From positions 11,131 to 75,130 of the forward strand of contig VRUH01000004.1 in NCBI GenBank assembly GCA_019456185.1: a stretch of DNA of 64,000 nt, read 5' to 3'. Within the stretch, counting starts at the first letter, position 1, and each line of letters opens with the position of its first letter. This stretch comes from Candidatus Glassbacteria bacterium (lineage in GTDB: Bacteria; Gemmatimonadota; Glassbacteria; GWA2-58-10). The notes under the pieces are model-generated. The model had not been told where the DNA came from, ran no database searches, and was given only the letters and a program-made list of their open reading frames with translations. Both the position numbers and the translations under genes were made by a program. This document shows, piece after piece, positions 10,026 to 19,696 of this stretch.

Positions 10026-11237
10026 TTAGAACCCGAAGCTCACGGTGAAGAAGTTATCGGCGGTCAGGCGGCCTTTGTTGCGATAGGCATAGTTGAACGT
10101 GATCGCCTTGCCACCGATATCACGCCTGAGGCCACCGCCGAAACTCAAGCCGCGCCAGGTGGGGTCATCACCCAGGTACTCGTAGCCGAAGTCGTCCATG
10201 CTGTCCGTGTACTCGTCGGTCTGGATCAGCCAGCCCCCACGAAGCGCCGCGGACATGAACGGGGTGAAGTTGAAGTTGATTTCCGTGCCGGTGGCATAGC
10301 TGAGCGGCGTGGTGCTGTTTCTCCACAGCTCAGTGGAAACCAGCCAGTTGGTGTTTTCGGAAGTGAGCAGGTTGTACGACAGCGCCAGCTTGACCACCGA
10401 AGGCAGACGGTAGGTGTGAGTCTGGCGGTACGCCCAGCGGTTCTCCCTGCGGGGCAGGGCGAGGGGGCTCGAGCTGTAGTCGGTATAACCTGTCGGGATA
10501 TTACCACCCATGCTCTCGGGACCGACCTCGTAAAGCAGGTTCGGACCCTTCATGGTGATGTTGGTTCCGAGGTTCTGGATCGCGAAAGCGAAACGGATCT
10601 CGCGGTCGTTGAGCTCGGTGTGGTAGATCGCACCCGCATCGATTGCGAACGCGCTGCCGCCGATGTTGTTGAACATGTCCTGGTGGACATACTTGAGGTT
10701 CATACCGGCGATGAAGCGGTCGCTGAACGTGTAGGCGAACGACGCACCCGCCTGGAAATCGTAGGCGTTAAATGTACGCCCGATACCCTGCGGGGAACTG
10801 AACGTCGTTATTTCCATCTCGGGAATGTCGAGATACCCGAAGAACGCGCCCAGCACCAGATTGCCGTCGGCAACAGGGACCGCCGCCGCGGCGTAGCTGT
10901 AGGTCAGGTCCATGGTGTAATCGACAACCGTCAGCATCACTTCCTTCTGCTGCAGGAATCCCAGTCCGGCGGGGTTCCACCAGATCGAACTGATGCCGTC
11001 GGTGACTGCCGAGTAGGCGCTTCCCATCCCGATGCCCCTGGCTCCCACTGGAATCTCGAGGAACTCAGCGGCTCTTACGCCGACAAAGGAAGCAGCATCC
11101 GGACGCCCCTGTGAGAGATACTTATCCAGACCGGTGTACTCCTGTCGCAGGATACCCTGTGCCATCAGCGGCACGGCGACGAACGACACGAGTACGCCGA
11201 GGATAATCAAGGCGCGTGTGGCCGTTTTGGTTAACAT
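10026..11237 (-). CDS. porV: PorV/LptO-like outer-membrane beta-barrel (type IX secretion shuttle/channel family)
   Basis: ATG 11237 is preceded by GGAGG (6-nt spacer). Signal peptide, then IPVGARGIGMGSAYSAVTDGISSIWWNPAGLG, the N-terminal signature of PorV/PorQ-type barrels. C-terminal aromatic-rich barrel ending in F. Confidence 0.6.
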   Translation of the reverse strand: MLTKTATRALIILGVLVSFVAVPLMAQGILRQEYTGLDKYLSQGRPDAASFVGVRAAEFLEIPVGARGIGMGSAYSAVTDGISSIWWNPAGLGFLQQKEVMLTVVDYTMDLTYSYAAAAVPVADGNLVLGAFFGYLDIPEMEITTFSSPQGIGRTFNAYDFQAGASFAYTFSDRFIAGMNLKYVHQDMFNNIGGSAFAIDAGAIYHTELNDREIRFAFAIQNLGTNITMKGPNLLYEVGPESMGGNIPTGYTDYSSSPLALPRRENRWAYRQTHTYRLPSVVKLALSYNLLTSENTNWLVSTELWRNSTTPLSYATGTEINFNFTPFMSAALRGGWLIQTDEYTDSMDDFGYEYLGDDPTWRGLSFGGGLRRDIGGKAITFNYAYRNKGRLTADNFFTVSFGF

Positions 11238-11311
11238 AAACAACCTCCATTTGGTCTCAAGAGAGAAATTCTTATCTGTGTAAGTCGTCATCTTTCATCA
11301 TCCTTTGCGAT

Positions 11312-14300
11312 TTAGTTGATGACGTAGAACTTACCAGTGTGAGTTTCTCCCCTCTCGTCCGTCACGTGGAAGAAGTACAAGCCGCTGGCCACAGTCTGGC
11401 CGAAACGGTTCCGCAGGTTCCAGGCTTCTGTCCCGCCGTGGTTGTCCCAACCCGTGAACTCACGCGGGTCGCCAGCGATACTCAGACGGTCAAAGTCATC
11501 GTAGTTACCCCAGCCGTGGCGGTTGGCGCCGATATGGTTGAGCACGTTGACCAGGTGGCCGCCCAGTGAATAAATCCGAATGGTGCAGCGCGCGGGCAGG
11601 TTGACAAACTCGATCCGCCGCTGGTCGGGTGACAGATCGAGCGCGGAGGAAGCCATGTACGGATTCGGCACCACCATCACCTTGCTCAGGTCGGCGTCGT
11701 TCGGATCAAAAGTCATCGGCTTAATGGTGAACTTCCATTTGTCACCGGGCATCAGCACGTCGGCGCCCTGGATGAATGTGTTGTCATCCCACGAGCCCAA
11801 CGCGCTGCGCAGCACCATCACAGCGCTGCCCGGCATCGTAATCGGAGCGCCGGACAGGTGGATAATGTGGCCGGCGACCCACAGGGCGCAGTCCTCGGTG
11901 TTGCCCGCCGGCAGTGATTCCACCAGCAAGGTCGAACGGTCCGACTGCGGAGCATAAGACCTCGGGCCCCAGCCCACGTTGGTTTCGCTCTTCAGCACGG
12001 ACGGGTCCACTCCAACAGGAACGAAACCCCAGCCCACGTCGTCGATATACGGGCTGAACGGAATGCTGACGCCATGGGTGCGGTCGGTTACGCTGACAGT
12101 TACGTTGCCACCCGAGCTGCTCCAGCTGATCTCGTAGGCGGCGTTCCGAATGTAGGCCTGATAGTAACCATTCTCGGAATAATGGGAAGCCCCGCTGGCG
12201 GCCAGGCTTTTGTTGCCCAGAGCAACGGTGGCGCCGGTGTAGCCGCCCGGATCGATCTGAACCTGTAAACGCCGGCCTTCGTTTAATTGCCGGCGGCCGG
12301 TGTATGTCAAGGCCGACACAGCCCAGGACACGCCATCCGCACTCATGTTCCCGGAATAAGCTAAGGTAAAAAGGTGCGAGCCTCGATTCCTGGTACGAAC
12401 GTCGACACGAAACGGATCGGTCACCGCGTTACCGCTGGCATCGGCAAACACCACGGAGCGTCTGCCGTTCTGAAAACCCATGGTCTCCATTTTGTCGGTA
12501 GCCTGGAGATAGAACACCTCTTCCGAGGTGATCCGCTCACTATTCACCGCATCCCATGACACATTGGTCAGGAATCTCGGGATAAAGGCCGGATCCTCTG
12601 TCAGCAGGGTTCCGTCACCGGCCAGGGCGACAGTCCCCCCTGCGGTCGGCGTGGCACTGTATCCGGAGGGCGGGACGTATTCATAACCGACCAGTTCCGC
12701 CGCTTTGAAGCTACTGGCATCGCTGCGGGGCTGGACCGTGTACAACTGCGCGCCGGGTCTGTTCCACAACTTACCGCTGGCGGGATCGGGCAGACTGAAG
12801 TAGGCGTCCTCACCCGGATCGTAGTTGTAATCGTAAGGAACGAGCGCATACCAGATGCGCATGCCGTTGTTCATCCGGAACAGCGGGTTGTCACTGCCAC
12901 GCGTGTCGATAAAATGGAACGCCAGGTCGCCGCCGCCGATGCTGCCTTCCCAGATCAGCTCGGAATGCGAGTCGCTGGGACCGACAAACGAGCGATACAG
13001 GCGGTAACCCTCGAAATCGTACTCCCGGTACAGCCCACTGGGATCGAGCGAGGGGTTATCCTGCAGGAAGCCATAATACGCATCGGGCGTATTGATGTTG
13101 ACGTCGCTCCAAGTGATGGTCACCTGTTTCGCGCCGGGGATAATCGTCAGTGGCGGCGGAGCCGGTGTTTCAGGCAGTATGAAGCCGCCGGCAGAGACGA
13201 TCTCGGCCACGTCATTGTAGGCCAGCACCGTGCTCAACTGATCCTGCACATCGGGATTGTCCAGATTGGGAATATCCGATGGCGGGAAAGTGAACGGCGG
13301 GTTCTTGGGCTGCACCCACGAATACACCGCGTCCAGGCTGAAGCTGTCGCGCGGTGCGAAGTCATGGTACTCGCCCCAGAAGTTGTAGGAGTTGTAGGCG
13401 TTGCGCGTACCCCACCACCACTGGTCGTAACGCGGCTCTTCCGGCAGAGGCACGCCGGGCCAGCCGTACACCGGACCGCCGGTCCAGGGATTTACGTAGC
13501 CGGGATAGAACGGAGCGGTGGGATCGTAGCGGCCGTTGCCGTAACGGTAGGCCCTACCCGTCGGATAACCGCCCTCGAGCACTTCCTCGGGCTGCATCAG
13601 GCCGTACTCTGTCGACCAGCCATGGGCGGAGCTGTTGGAGAACCGGATTTCCTCGCCCTTCCAAACGGGTTTACGCAGCATCATCATCGACACCATCGCC
13701 GGATGCCCGGTGAAGCTGCCCTCGATGCCGTCCCGGTCCGCTACGACAATGATTTCGCGCGGGAAGTAATATGCCCACGCTTCATCGCGGCCGCCGATCA
13801 GGAAGCCGTTGCCGTAGTTATAATTCAACTGCATACCGATCCAGACCTGGCCGTTAGGCGTGGAGGCGATCTGTGCCGTTATGTCCGGATTGCCGTTCCA
13901 CTTGTTGTACTCGCTCATGTTACGGAAGAACACATGGGCGTAAACCATGTTGTTGCTTTCCGCGAAGTTGAGGAAATGGAAGCGCCATTCGATCGAACCG
14001 CCCATAGCTTGGCTTTGGTTGAAACAGTCGCCATTGAAGGTAACGATAGTTTCAGCGCCGTGGAAGATCGGGGCGCCGCCGGTGGAGCGGCCTTCACGGA
14101 ACTCGGCGGGCCAGTCGGCGATGTCGCCGGGATCGGAGGTGGTATAGACCCGGCTCTGGGGTAGCCGTCTCGCGGCGTCTTCCATATCCTCACCGGCTGC
14201 TTGCAGAGATGTCAGCAGATCGAGAGCTTCCAGCGAGCAGAGCATGCCCGGGAAGCGTCCGGCCCTGGAAAGGTTGGCCAACGTGTCGTTAGCCACACCG

Positions 14301-14557
14301 TCGCCGGTGCCGTCTCGAGCGACACATAATCCCCAGTTCCAGCGACCTGGCTTGTAGATGTTACCCGAACCGCGCGGGAATTGGGTAGGCGTTCCACCGC
14401 GCATCGGTCCGCCGTAGCTCGTAGACACCGTTAAGCCGACGTTGTTGCCCTGGGCCTGGGTACTCTGCTTCCATTCTGCATTCGCAGTGGAAACGAATAG
14501 AACCAGCAGGGTCACAACCGCCAGCTTGATCGGAATAATGAGATATTTATGAAGCAT
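11312..14557 (-). CDS. Large (1081 aa) secreted protein with C-terminal T9SS sorting domain (CTD); function unknown, FN3-like segments
   Basis: AGGAGA SD and signal peptide MLHKYLIIPIKLAVVTLLVLFVSTANA. The C-terminus ...VMVVPNPYMASS...CTIRIYSLGGHLVNVL...WNLRNRFGQTVASGLYFFHVTDERGETHTGKFYVIN matches the Por_Secre_tail / FlgD-Ig-like CTD pattern. Positioned between the TBDR and PorV genes. Confidence 0.65.
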   Translation of the reverse strand: MLHKYLIIPIKLAVVTLLVLFVSTANAEWKQSTQAQGNNVGLTVSTSYGGPMRGGTPTQFPRGSGNIYKPGRWNWGLCVARDGTGDGVANDTLANLSRAGRFPGMLCSLEALDLLTSLQAAGEDMEDAARRLPQSRVYTTSDPGDIADWPAEFREGRSTGGAPIFHGAETIVTFNGDCFNQSQAMGGSIEWRFHFLNFAESNNMVYAHVFFRNMSEYNKWNGNPDITAQIASTPNGQVWIGMQLNYNYGNGFLIGGRDEAWAYYFPREIIVVADRDGIEGSFTGHPAMVSMMMLRKPVWKGEEIRFSNSSAHGWSTEYGLMQPEEVLEGGYPTGRAYRYGNGRYDPTAPFYPGYVNPWTGGPVYGWPGVPLPEEPRYDQWWWGTRNAYNSYNFWGEYHDFAPRDSFSLDAVYSWVQPKNPPFTFPPSDIPNLDNPDVQDQLSTVLAYNDVAEIVSAGGFILPETPAPPPLTIIPGAKQVTITWSDVNINTPDAYYGFLQDNPSLDPSGLYREYDFEGYRLYRSFVGPSDSHSELIWEGSIGGGDLAFHFIDTRGSDNPLFRMNNGMRIWYALVPYDYNYDPGEDAYFSLPDPASGKLWNRPGAQLYTVQPRSDASSFKAAELVGYEYVPPSGYSATPTAGGTVALAGDGTLLTEDPAFIPRFLTNVSWDAVNSERITSEEVFYLQATDKMETMGFQNGRRSVVFADASGNAVTDPFRVDVRTRNRGSHLFTLAYSGNMSADGVSWAVSALTYTGRRQLNEGRRLQVQIDPGGYTGATVALGNKSLAASGASHYSENGYYQAYIRNAAYEISWSSSGGNVTVSVTDRTHGVSIPFSPYIDDVGWGFVPVGVDPSVLKSETNVGWGPRSYAPQSDRSTLLVESLPAGNTEDCALWVAGHIIHLSGAPITMPGSAVMVLRSALGSWDDNTFIQGADVLMPGDKWKFTIKPMTFDPNDADLSKVMVVPNPYMASSALDLSPDQRRIEFVNLPARCTIRIYSLGGHLVNVLNHIGANRHGWGNYDDFDRLSIAGDPREFTGWDNHGGTEAWNLRNRFGQTVASGLYFFHVTDERGETHTGKFYVIN

Positions 14558-14616
14558 AGGTTATCTCCTGTGAATTTGCTATGGAATAACCGGCAAAATG
14601 CCAATCAGCCACGGAG

Positions 14617-17600
14617 TTAGAAAGTAAACTCGGCGCCGAAACGGATCTGCCTGGCCAAGCCATAGGCGCCCTTGTCCATCGTGGACATCATCACCGAATG
14701 GGCGATGTTGCCCTTGGCCTGCTCTTCAAGCGAAAGTACGCCGTCCTGGTTGAAATCTGCATTGAACCAGGTTTTGGTTTCCCGGCTCGCGTTGTCGTCC
14801 CACTCCATCACCACTCCGCCGCCGGCGCGCCTGTAATAGGACTCGAAGTGCAGGCCCGACGGGTATGCTGTCGGATACTTCTTGCTGAACGTGTTAAAGA
14901 TTTCGCTGAAGAGGTTGATCCGATAGGCTCTGCCCAGGCGGATCTGCTTGGTGAAACGCAGGTCCAGGTTATAGTCCCAGCGCCCGCGGAAGTAGTTGAC
15001 GCCACCGATCGGACGCCCGTTGCGGCGGGTCAGCCACGAGACGTTCTCGTCCGCGGCCATCCAGTAGGTGGAACCGGAGTTGACGATCCTGTCGTAAGCA
15101 GGCGCCCCGCTTTGCAGGGTGAACAGCGCAAAGATGCGGATGTCCCTCAGGACCGTATTGTAGATCGTCCCGGACTTGAAGTCTTCCGGGAAGAGGTAGT
15201 TGAGGGTGGCGGTCACCTTGTGGGTCACGTCACCGTTGATCGGCCTCAGCTCGTCGGGCGGAACGAAGACCGCGCCGGTTGAGGGATCGAGGAAGACGTC
15301 AAACTCACCGGTGGTGGCGTAATCACTACCGGTGGTGCGGGAGAACTGCATGGTGTACATCAGGTTGTAAGCGAAATTGTTGCTGAAGCGCTTACGCATG
15401 GTAAGGTCCATGCCCTTGATGTTACCACTGTCCCTGTTGGTGAAACCCGTGGTCCAGTCGCGAATCGGGCGTTCCTCGTGCCACTGGTAGTAGTCGCGGA
15501 AGAATTCCTTGCGAGCCACGTTGCCGATAACGTCGCGATAGTAACCCACCACGTCCATCACCATGTCATCGCTGATCAGATAGCTCACGCCGCCCTCGAA
15601 CGAGTCCGTGCGGCTGTATTCCAGACCGCCGGGGTTGCTGCCGCTGAAGATGTAGCTCATGCTGGGCAGCTGGGAGAACACGCCGTAGCTGAAACGCATC
15701 TGACTCTTGTCGGTAACCGGGAAGCCGACATCGAAACGAGGCGACCACTCGTCGATAACGTTGGCGAAATATCTCTCGCCCCAGTCGTCGCCGCTGCGGA
15801 ATCCCCAGTTGTCTACCGGATCGAACCTGTCAAAGCGCAGGCCGTAATTGAAGATGAAGTCGCCGAGATCGGTACGGTTCTGAAGGTAAAGAGCCAGTAT
15901 CGTCGGCTCGTAGTTGAACTCGTTATCTAAATCTCTGCGGAACCTCATGTTATGCAGCTCGTACTTCTGGTTCTCGAAGTCCGAGAACTGCAGGCCCAGC
16001 TTGGCGCGGTTGTAACGGTTAATCTGGAAATCGATATCGACCTTGTAGTTGTTCTGCCACTCGCGCTGGTAGAAGTAGCTGAGCCAGTAGAGGTCGTTAC
16101 CGGTAATCAGCCGGTAAGGATACTCCAGGTCCCAGTTACGGTGCCATGGACCGTCGCCGTCGGGATAATAGATCTTGCCTAAGTCGGAGCCCTGCAGCGG
16201 CATGTTCATCTCGGGGAAGGTCTCGATCTCGAAGGGGATGTCGTGCATTGACCAGCCCATGAACGTGGTGTTCTCGCTGCGGACGTAGCCATCGCGCGGG
16301 CTCCCGCTCGAAATATCCTGGGTCCTGAACCTGGTGTAACGGAATATCAGCGATGCGCTCCGGTCTGCGCTGCGGTAGAAGTCCCAGTCGCCGCCCAGCA
16401 GCAGGTTGCTTGTGCGGGTACGCCGGGCGTAGCCCTGCGGGACCACCAGCATCGTATCCGACTCGTTCTCCCAGGCCCTGGCCGGCAGGGTGGATTGAGT
16501 AATAACGCCATCGGTAAAGTAATTACCCTGGCTGCGGGGGATGCTGTTCTGGTTGCGGCTGTAGTTGATCGAGCCCAGCAGCTTCATACCCTGGAGCGGG
16601 TAGTAAGTAATCTTGCTGCTGGCCAGGCTCCTGTCGCCCCAGTTTTCCGGGACACGCACGGGGTTGCCCGGATTGAACAGCGCTGCGCTGTTGCCGGTCT
16701 TGCCGGCGTAGAAGTCGCGCCCTGCCTGGAGGTCTTCCAGGCTGAAAGCTGGGGTCTGAATGCCGAAAACCGGGTCGTTACGGACCGCGGCGTTCAGCCG
16801 CGCCACGAAATCTTCGTTGATGCCGCGGAAGCCCTCGTCGGCGTGAGTCGGCTGACGGTCGGCCATTCCCTGAATTTCACCCGAACCGTGGATGTACAGG
16901 TTGGGGATGAAGGAAAGCGGTCCGCCGATCGAGACGGTCATCTGGTTATAGCCGTAATCGGAGGTGCGGGGGTTGGTTTCATCGGTGGTGTACCTGATGT
17001 TACCGTGCCAGTCCGCGCCACCTTCCTTGGTTACGATATTGATCACACCGGACTGGGCGTTGCCGTACTCGGCCTGGAACCCGCCGGTGATGATGTCCAC
17101 CTGCTCGACCGCAGCCGCGGAGAACTCCAGAGGAGACGCATCCTCGGCGCGGGAACCGAGCTCCTGCTCCCACACCCAGCCGAGACCGCTTCTGAACGGG
17201 TCGGCGGTGTAGTTGCGCACGGTCATGCCGTCGATGATCATCACTTCTTCACCCAGGCGGCCGCCGCGGATACGCAGGCCGCGGCCAAGGGCGTCGGGAC
17301 CGCCGGTCTGCACGCCGGCCTCGAGAATCATCATGTCCTCGAGCGTGGTGGCGGGTATTTCGGCGATTTTCTCCGCGGTCATCCTCTGTTTACTGACCGT
17401 GTTATCACGCGGCATCAGCACATCGGATTCACCCTCGATAGTGATTCCCTCGAGCTGGACCACGGTGGAACTCATGTTTGAATTAACAGTCGTGGTCTGG
17501 CCGGCGAGCAGCAGTTGATCACCAATCGTCACCTTCTGATAACCGGTGTATGTGAAGGTGATATCGCGCCGTCCAGGCGGTACGTTCAGGATAAAAAAGT

Positions 17601-17802
17601 AACCGTCCGCATTGGTTACGTTTCCCAGCCTGGTGCCTTCGATCACGACCTGCGCACCCTGCAGGGGTCCGCCCGTATCGGCGTCCCGGACTGTGCCCTC
17701 AACCTTGGAGGTATTGAGCTGAGCCATTGCAGGCAAGGCCCAGATCAATGCAGAGAGCAGCAGTATGCCGGACCTTCCGAAAAGACGTTTGTTAATCGAC
17801 AT
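14617..17802 (-). CDS. TonB-dependent outer-membrane receptor, SusC/RagA-like (CarbopepD_reg domain + plug + barrel)
   Basis: ATG 17802 with AAGGAGG SD. Signal peptide MSINKRLFGRSGILLLSALIWALPAMAQ. N-terminal carboxypeptidase-regulatory-like beta-sandwich (GTVRDADTGGPLQGAQVVIEG...), then plug region (DIITGGFQAEYGNAQSGVINIVTKEG). C-terminal ...AEFTF. Confidence 0.75.
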   Translation of the reverse strand: MSINKRLFGRSGILLLSALIWALPAMAQLNTSKVEGTVRDADTGGPLQGAQVVIEGTRLGNVTNADGYFFILNVPPGRRDITFTYTGYQKVTIGDQLLLAGQTTTVNSNMSSTVVQLEGITIEGESDVLMPRDNTVSKQRMTAEKIAEIPATTLEDMMILEAGVQTGGPDALGRGLRIRGGRLGEEVMIIDGMTVRNYTADPFRSGLGWVWEQELGSRAEDASPLEFSAAAVEQVDIITGGFQAEYGNAQSGVINIVTKEGGADWHGNIRYTTDETNPRTSDYGYNQMTVSIGGPLSFIPNLYIHGSGEIQGMADRQPTHADEGFRGINEDFVARLNAAVRNDPVFGIQTPAFSLEDLQAGRDFYAGKTGNSAALFNPGNPVRVPENWGDRSLASSKITYYPLQGMKLLGSINYSRNQNSIPRSQGNYFTDGVITQSTLPARAWENESDTMLVVPQGYARRTRTSNLLLGGDWDFYRSADRSASLIFRYTRFRTQDISSGSPRDGYVRSENTTFMGWSMHDIPFEIETFPEMNMPLQGSDLGKIYYPDGDGPWHRNWDLEYPYRLITGNDLYWLSYFYQREWQNNYKVDIDFQINRYNRAKLGLQFSDFENQKYELHNMRFRRDLDNEFNYEPTILALYLQNRTDLGDFIFNYGLRFDRFDPVDNWGFRSGDDWGERYFANVIDEWSPRFDVGFPVTDKSQMRFSYGVFSQLPSMSYIFSGSNPGGLEYSRTDSFEGGVSYLISDDMVMDVVGYYRDVIGNVARKEFFRDYYQWHEERPIRDWTTGFTNRDSGNIKGMDLTMRKRFSNNFAYNLMYTMQFSRTTGSDYATTGEFDVFLDPSTGAVFVPPDELRPINGDVTHKVTATLNYLFPEDFKSGTIYNTVLRDIRIFALFTLQSGAPAYDRIVNSGSTYWMAADENVSWLTRRNGRPIGGVNYFRGRWDYNLDLRFTKQIRLGRAYRINLFSEIFNTFSKKYPTAYPSGLHFESYYRRAGGGVVMEWDDNASRETKTWFNADFNQDGVLSLEEQAKGNIAHSVMMSTMDKGAYGLARQIRFGAEFTF

Positions 17803-18061
17803 AGATCCTCCTTCAGGATCCTTCTGGAACAATTTGCGAATGTAAATGCTTCCTGTTGCCTTCTTTGCGCCTGACCGAAATTCCTGAAAACCGCTCATCT
17901 CTTTCAAGCCACTCATCAGTGCAAGTGCTTCATTCGCCCTCCTTGGAATTGAGTTGTGGTTTCGCTGGAACATTCGGTACGAAAGATGAGTTCCAGCATT
18001 TTGTCGAAATTTAAACCGAGCAGAGCAATTACTTTCCGTTGCCCCTCTTCGGAAATAAAAG

Positions 18062-18090
18062 TTGACGAGATTGCGAATAGTTTATATATT
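18062..18090 (+). promoter_or_regulatory. Near-consensus sigma70-type promoter (TTGACG-N17-TATATT) oriented away from the TBDR operon
   Basis: TTGACG at 18062-18067, 17-nt spacer, TATATT at 18085-18090. No protein-coding gene starts downstream on the plus strand. Confidence 0.45.
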
Positions 18091-18096
18091 AACGTA

Positions 18097-18175
18097 GCAA
18101 TCCCTTGGGATTGCGCTTGTGGCCCATGCCGGATGAACCTTGGCGGAACTGACGGCATGGGCCCTTTTATATTAT
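18097..18175 (+). ncRNA. Candidate small RNA (about 78 nt; a second repeat copy could extend it to about 170 nt)
   Basis: Predicted TSS about 7 nt after the -10. A 5' hairpin GCAATC-ccttgg-GATTGC, then an 11-bp perfect stem GGCCCATGCCG/CGGCATGGGCC followed by CTTTTATATT. A second copy of the terminator-like hairpin plus TTTCTTATTCGTT sits at 18211-18265. Confidence 0.3.
18100..18164. repeat. 65-bp direct repeat copy 1 (hairpin-containing)
   Basis: The 40-nt core CCATGCCGGATGAACCTTGGCGGAACTGACGGCATGGGC is identical to copy 2; the flanks carry 4 mismatches. Confidence 0.9.
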
Positions 18176-18189
18176 TCCGTTCAAACAAA

Positions 18190-18253
18190 AATCCCCTGGA
18201 TTGCGCTCGTGGTCCATGCCGGATGAACCTTGGCGGAACTGACGGCATGGGCA
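18190..18253. repeat. 65-bp direct repeat copy 2 (period 90 bp)
   Basis: See copy 1. The stem holds 10 bp including one G-U wobble. Confidence 0.9.
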
Positions 18254-18376
18254 TTTCTTATTCGTTGTCAGAAATTTGCTCTGAGCAAAAACTTGTTTTT
18301 CATCAATGAATTATGATCTTTTTGTCCTTTTTTATAATCCAGATTACCAGCTTTATATGGTGAATCCCGGATGAAA

Positions 18377-19696
18377 TCAGGCTGGAACTCCTTCCAGCCT
18401 GGATGTTTTGCTCGTTGATTTTCTCGTTCTGGCTACCGGCTGGGATCCGTCGTCGTGATCGCCGAGCATGTGCTGCAGGACGAGGGCGCGCGCGCCGCTG
18501 AATGTAGGATTCTGCAAGGAGCACGGTACAATCAGGTCCGGCAGGTGCTCCATCGGGTACGGCGCCCTGCTGCGAAGCTGGTCCAGCAGCTCGGGATAAA
18601 TCAGTTTCCACGCCTTTACGAGGTGGCCGCACAGAATGATCCGCTCCGGGTCGAGTCCGTTGTTGATATTGGCCAGGCCCGCTCCCAGCCATTTCGCGGT
18701 TTCCCGCAAGGCCTTGCGCGCATCGGAATCTCCCTCGACAGCCATATCGATCAGTCTGATCGCCTGGCTGCCGAAATCGTCTTCCCTCGGCTGACCGGAA
18801 AGCTCACAATAACGGTCGACAATACCCTCGAACGACGCCTTGTCCTCCCAGGTAGTGCCTTTGGAAGGTGTTTCGTAATCCCCGTCGATCTCCACAATCC
18901 CCGAGTAGAACCTACCGTCCATGAACCGGGCTCCGTTATAGAGCTTCCCGTGGATTACCGTACCGATGCCCACACCCTCGCAGACGAGAACGTAAACGAA
19001 ATTACTCAGCCCCCTCGCCTCATCGGCAAACCAAAACTCGGCTACCGCACCTGCCTTGGCGTTATTTTCAACAAAGACAGGGCACTCGAAATGGCGCTCG
19101 ACCGGTTTGCGGCAGGAAACGTTTTTCCAGCCCAGACGGTTGTTCCAGAAGATCATGCCGGTCTCCGAATTAAGCACCGCAGCGACAATCACGCTTACGC
19201 CGGCCAGGGGCTGCGTAAATTCATCGACCATCTCCGCAAGTCTGGCGGCGCAGAGATCGAAGAATTTGTCGGCGTCGTTGGGGAAAGTTTCGATTTGTTG
19301 TTGAGAAAGGACTTCGCCTGAAAGGTCGCAGACCGACAGGGTAGCATGGCGAATGGTTGTATCAATCGATCCGTAAATCCGGTAACTCGGGCTGACCCTC
19401 AGGTTGACCGGCTTGCGGCCCAGCGCGTTGGCGTCGTCCTGGCTCGCCTCGTAGATCGCACCCTCGCCGATAAGCTCGCTGGTGATCTTGGAAACAGTGC
19501 TCTGGTTCAGCCCTGTGCTCCTCGACAGTCTGACCCGGGAGATCGGACCGTGTGTGATGATTGTATTCAATACCGCCGAGCGGTTGAGTGCCCGGATTTT
19601 CTTGTGGGCATGCGGCATTAATTTTTTTACCCGTATAGTTCCTGAGATACGGTATGGAGGGAATGACATCTTGTCGTTCCAAATACCAAACGACAA
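18377..19696 (-). CDS. ROK-family transcriptional regulator (NagC/XylR/Mlc-like) with N-terminal HTH
   Basis: HTH LNRSAVLNTIITHGPISRVRLSRSTGLNQSTVSKI, then the ROK sugar-kinase-like fold. Start uncertain: TTG 19696, ATG 19669 or ATG 19618. Confidence 0.7.
   Translation of the reverse strand: MSFGIWNDKMSFPPYRISGTIRVKKLMPHAHKKIRALNRSAVLNTIITHGPISRVRLSRSTGLNQSTVSKITSELIGEGAIYEASQDDANALGRKPVNLRVSPSYRIYGSIDTTIRHATLSVCDLSGEVLSQQQIETFPNDADKFFDLCAARLAEMVDEFTQPLAGVSVIVAAVLNSETGMIFWNNRLGWKNVSCRKPVERHFECPVFVENNAKAGAVAEFWFADEARGLSNFVYVLVCEGVGIGTVIHGKLYNGARFMDGRFYSGIVEIDGDYETPSKGTTWEDKASFEGIVDRYCELSGQPREDDFGSQAIRLIDMAVEGDSDARKALRETAKWLGAGLANINNGLDPERIILCGHLVKAWKLIYPELLDQLRSRAPYPMEHLPDLIVPCSLQNPTFSGARALVLQHMLGDHDDGSQPVARTRKSTSKTSRLEGVPA

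Noticed and set aside
18100-18253. Possible CRISPR array
   Set aside because: Only two repeat copies and a 90-bp period. The repeats are much longer than their spacer, carry terminator-like hairpins, and no cas genes are nearby.
17916-18309. ORFs 17916-18254 (-) and 17956-18309 (+) containing repeated peptide segments (DCACGPCRMNLGGTDGMG x2)
   Set aside because: The peptide repeats are a by-product of the 65-bp DNA direct repeat. The conserved core forms a GC hairpin with a T-tract, and differences between copies are non-synonymous in these frames. There is no SD. Interpreted as RNA/terminator elements instead.
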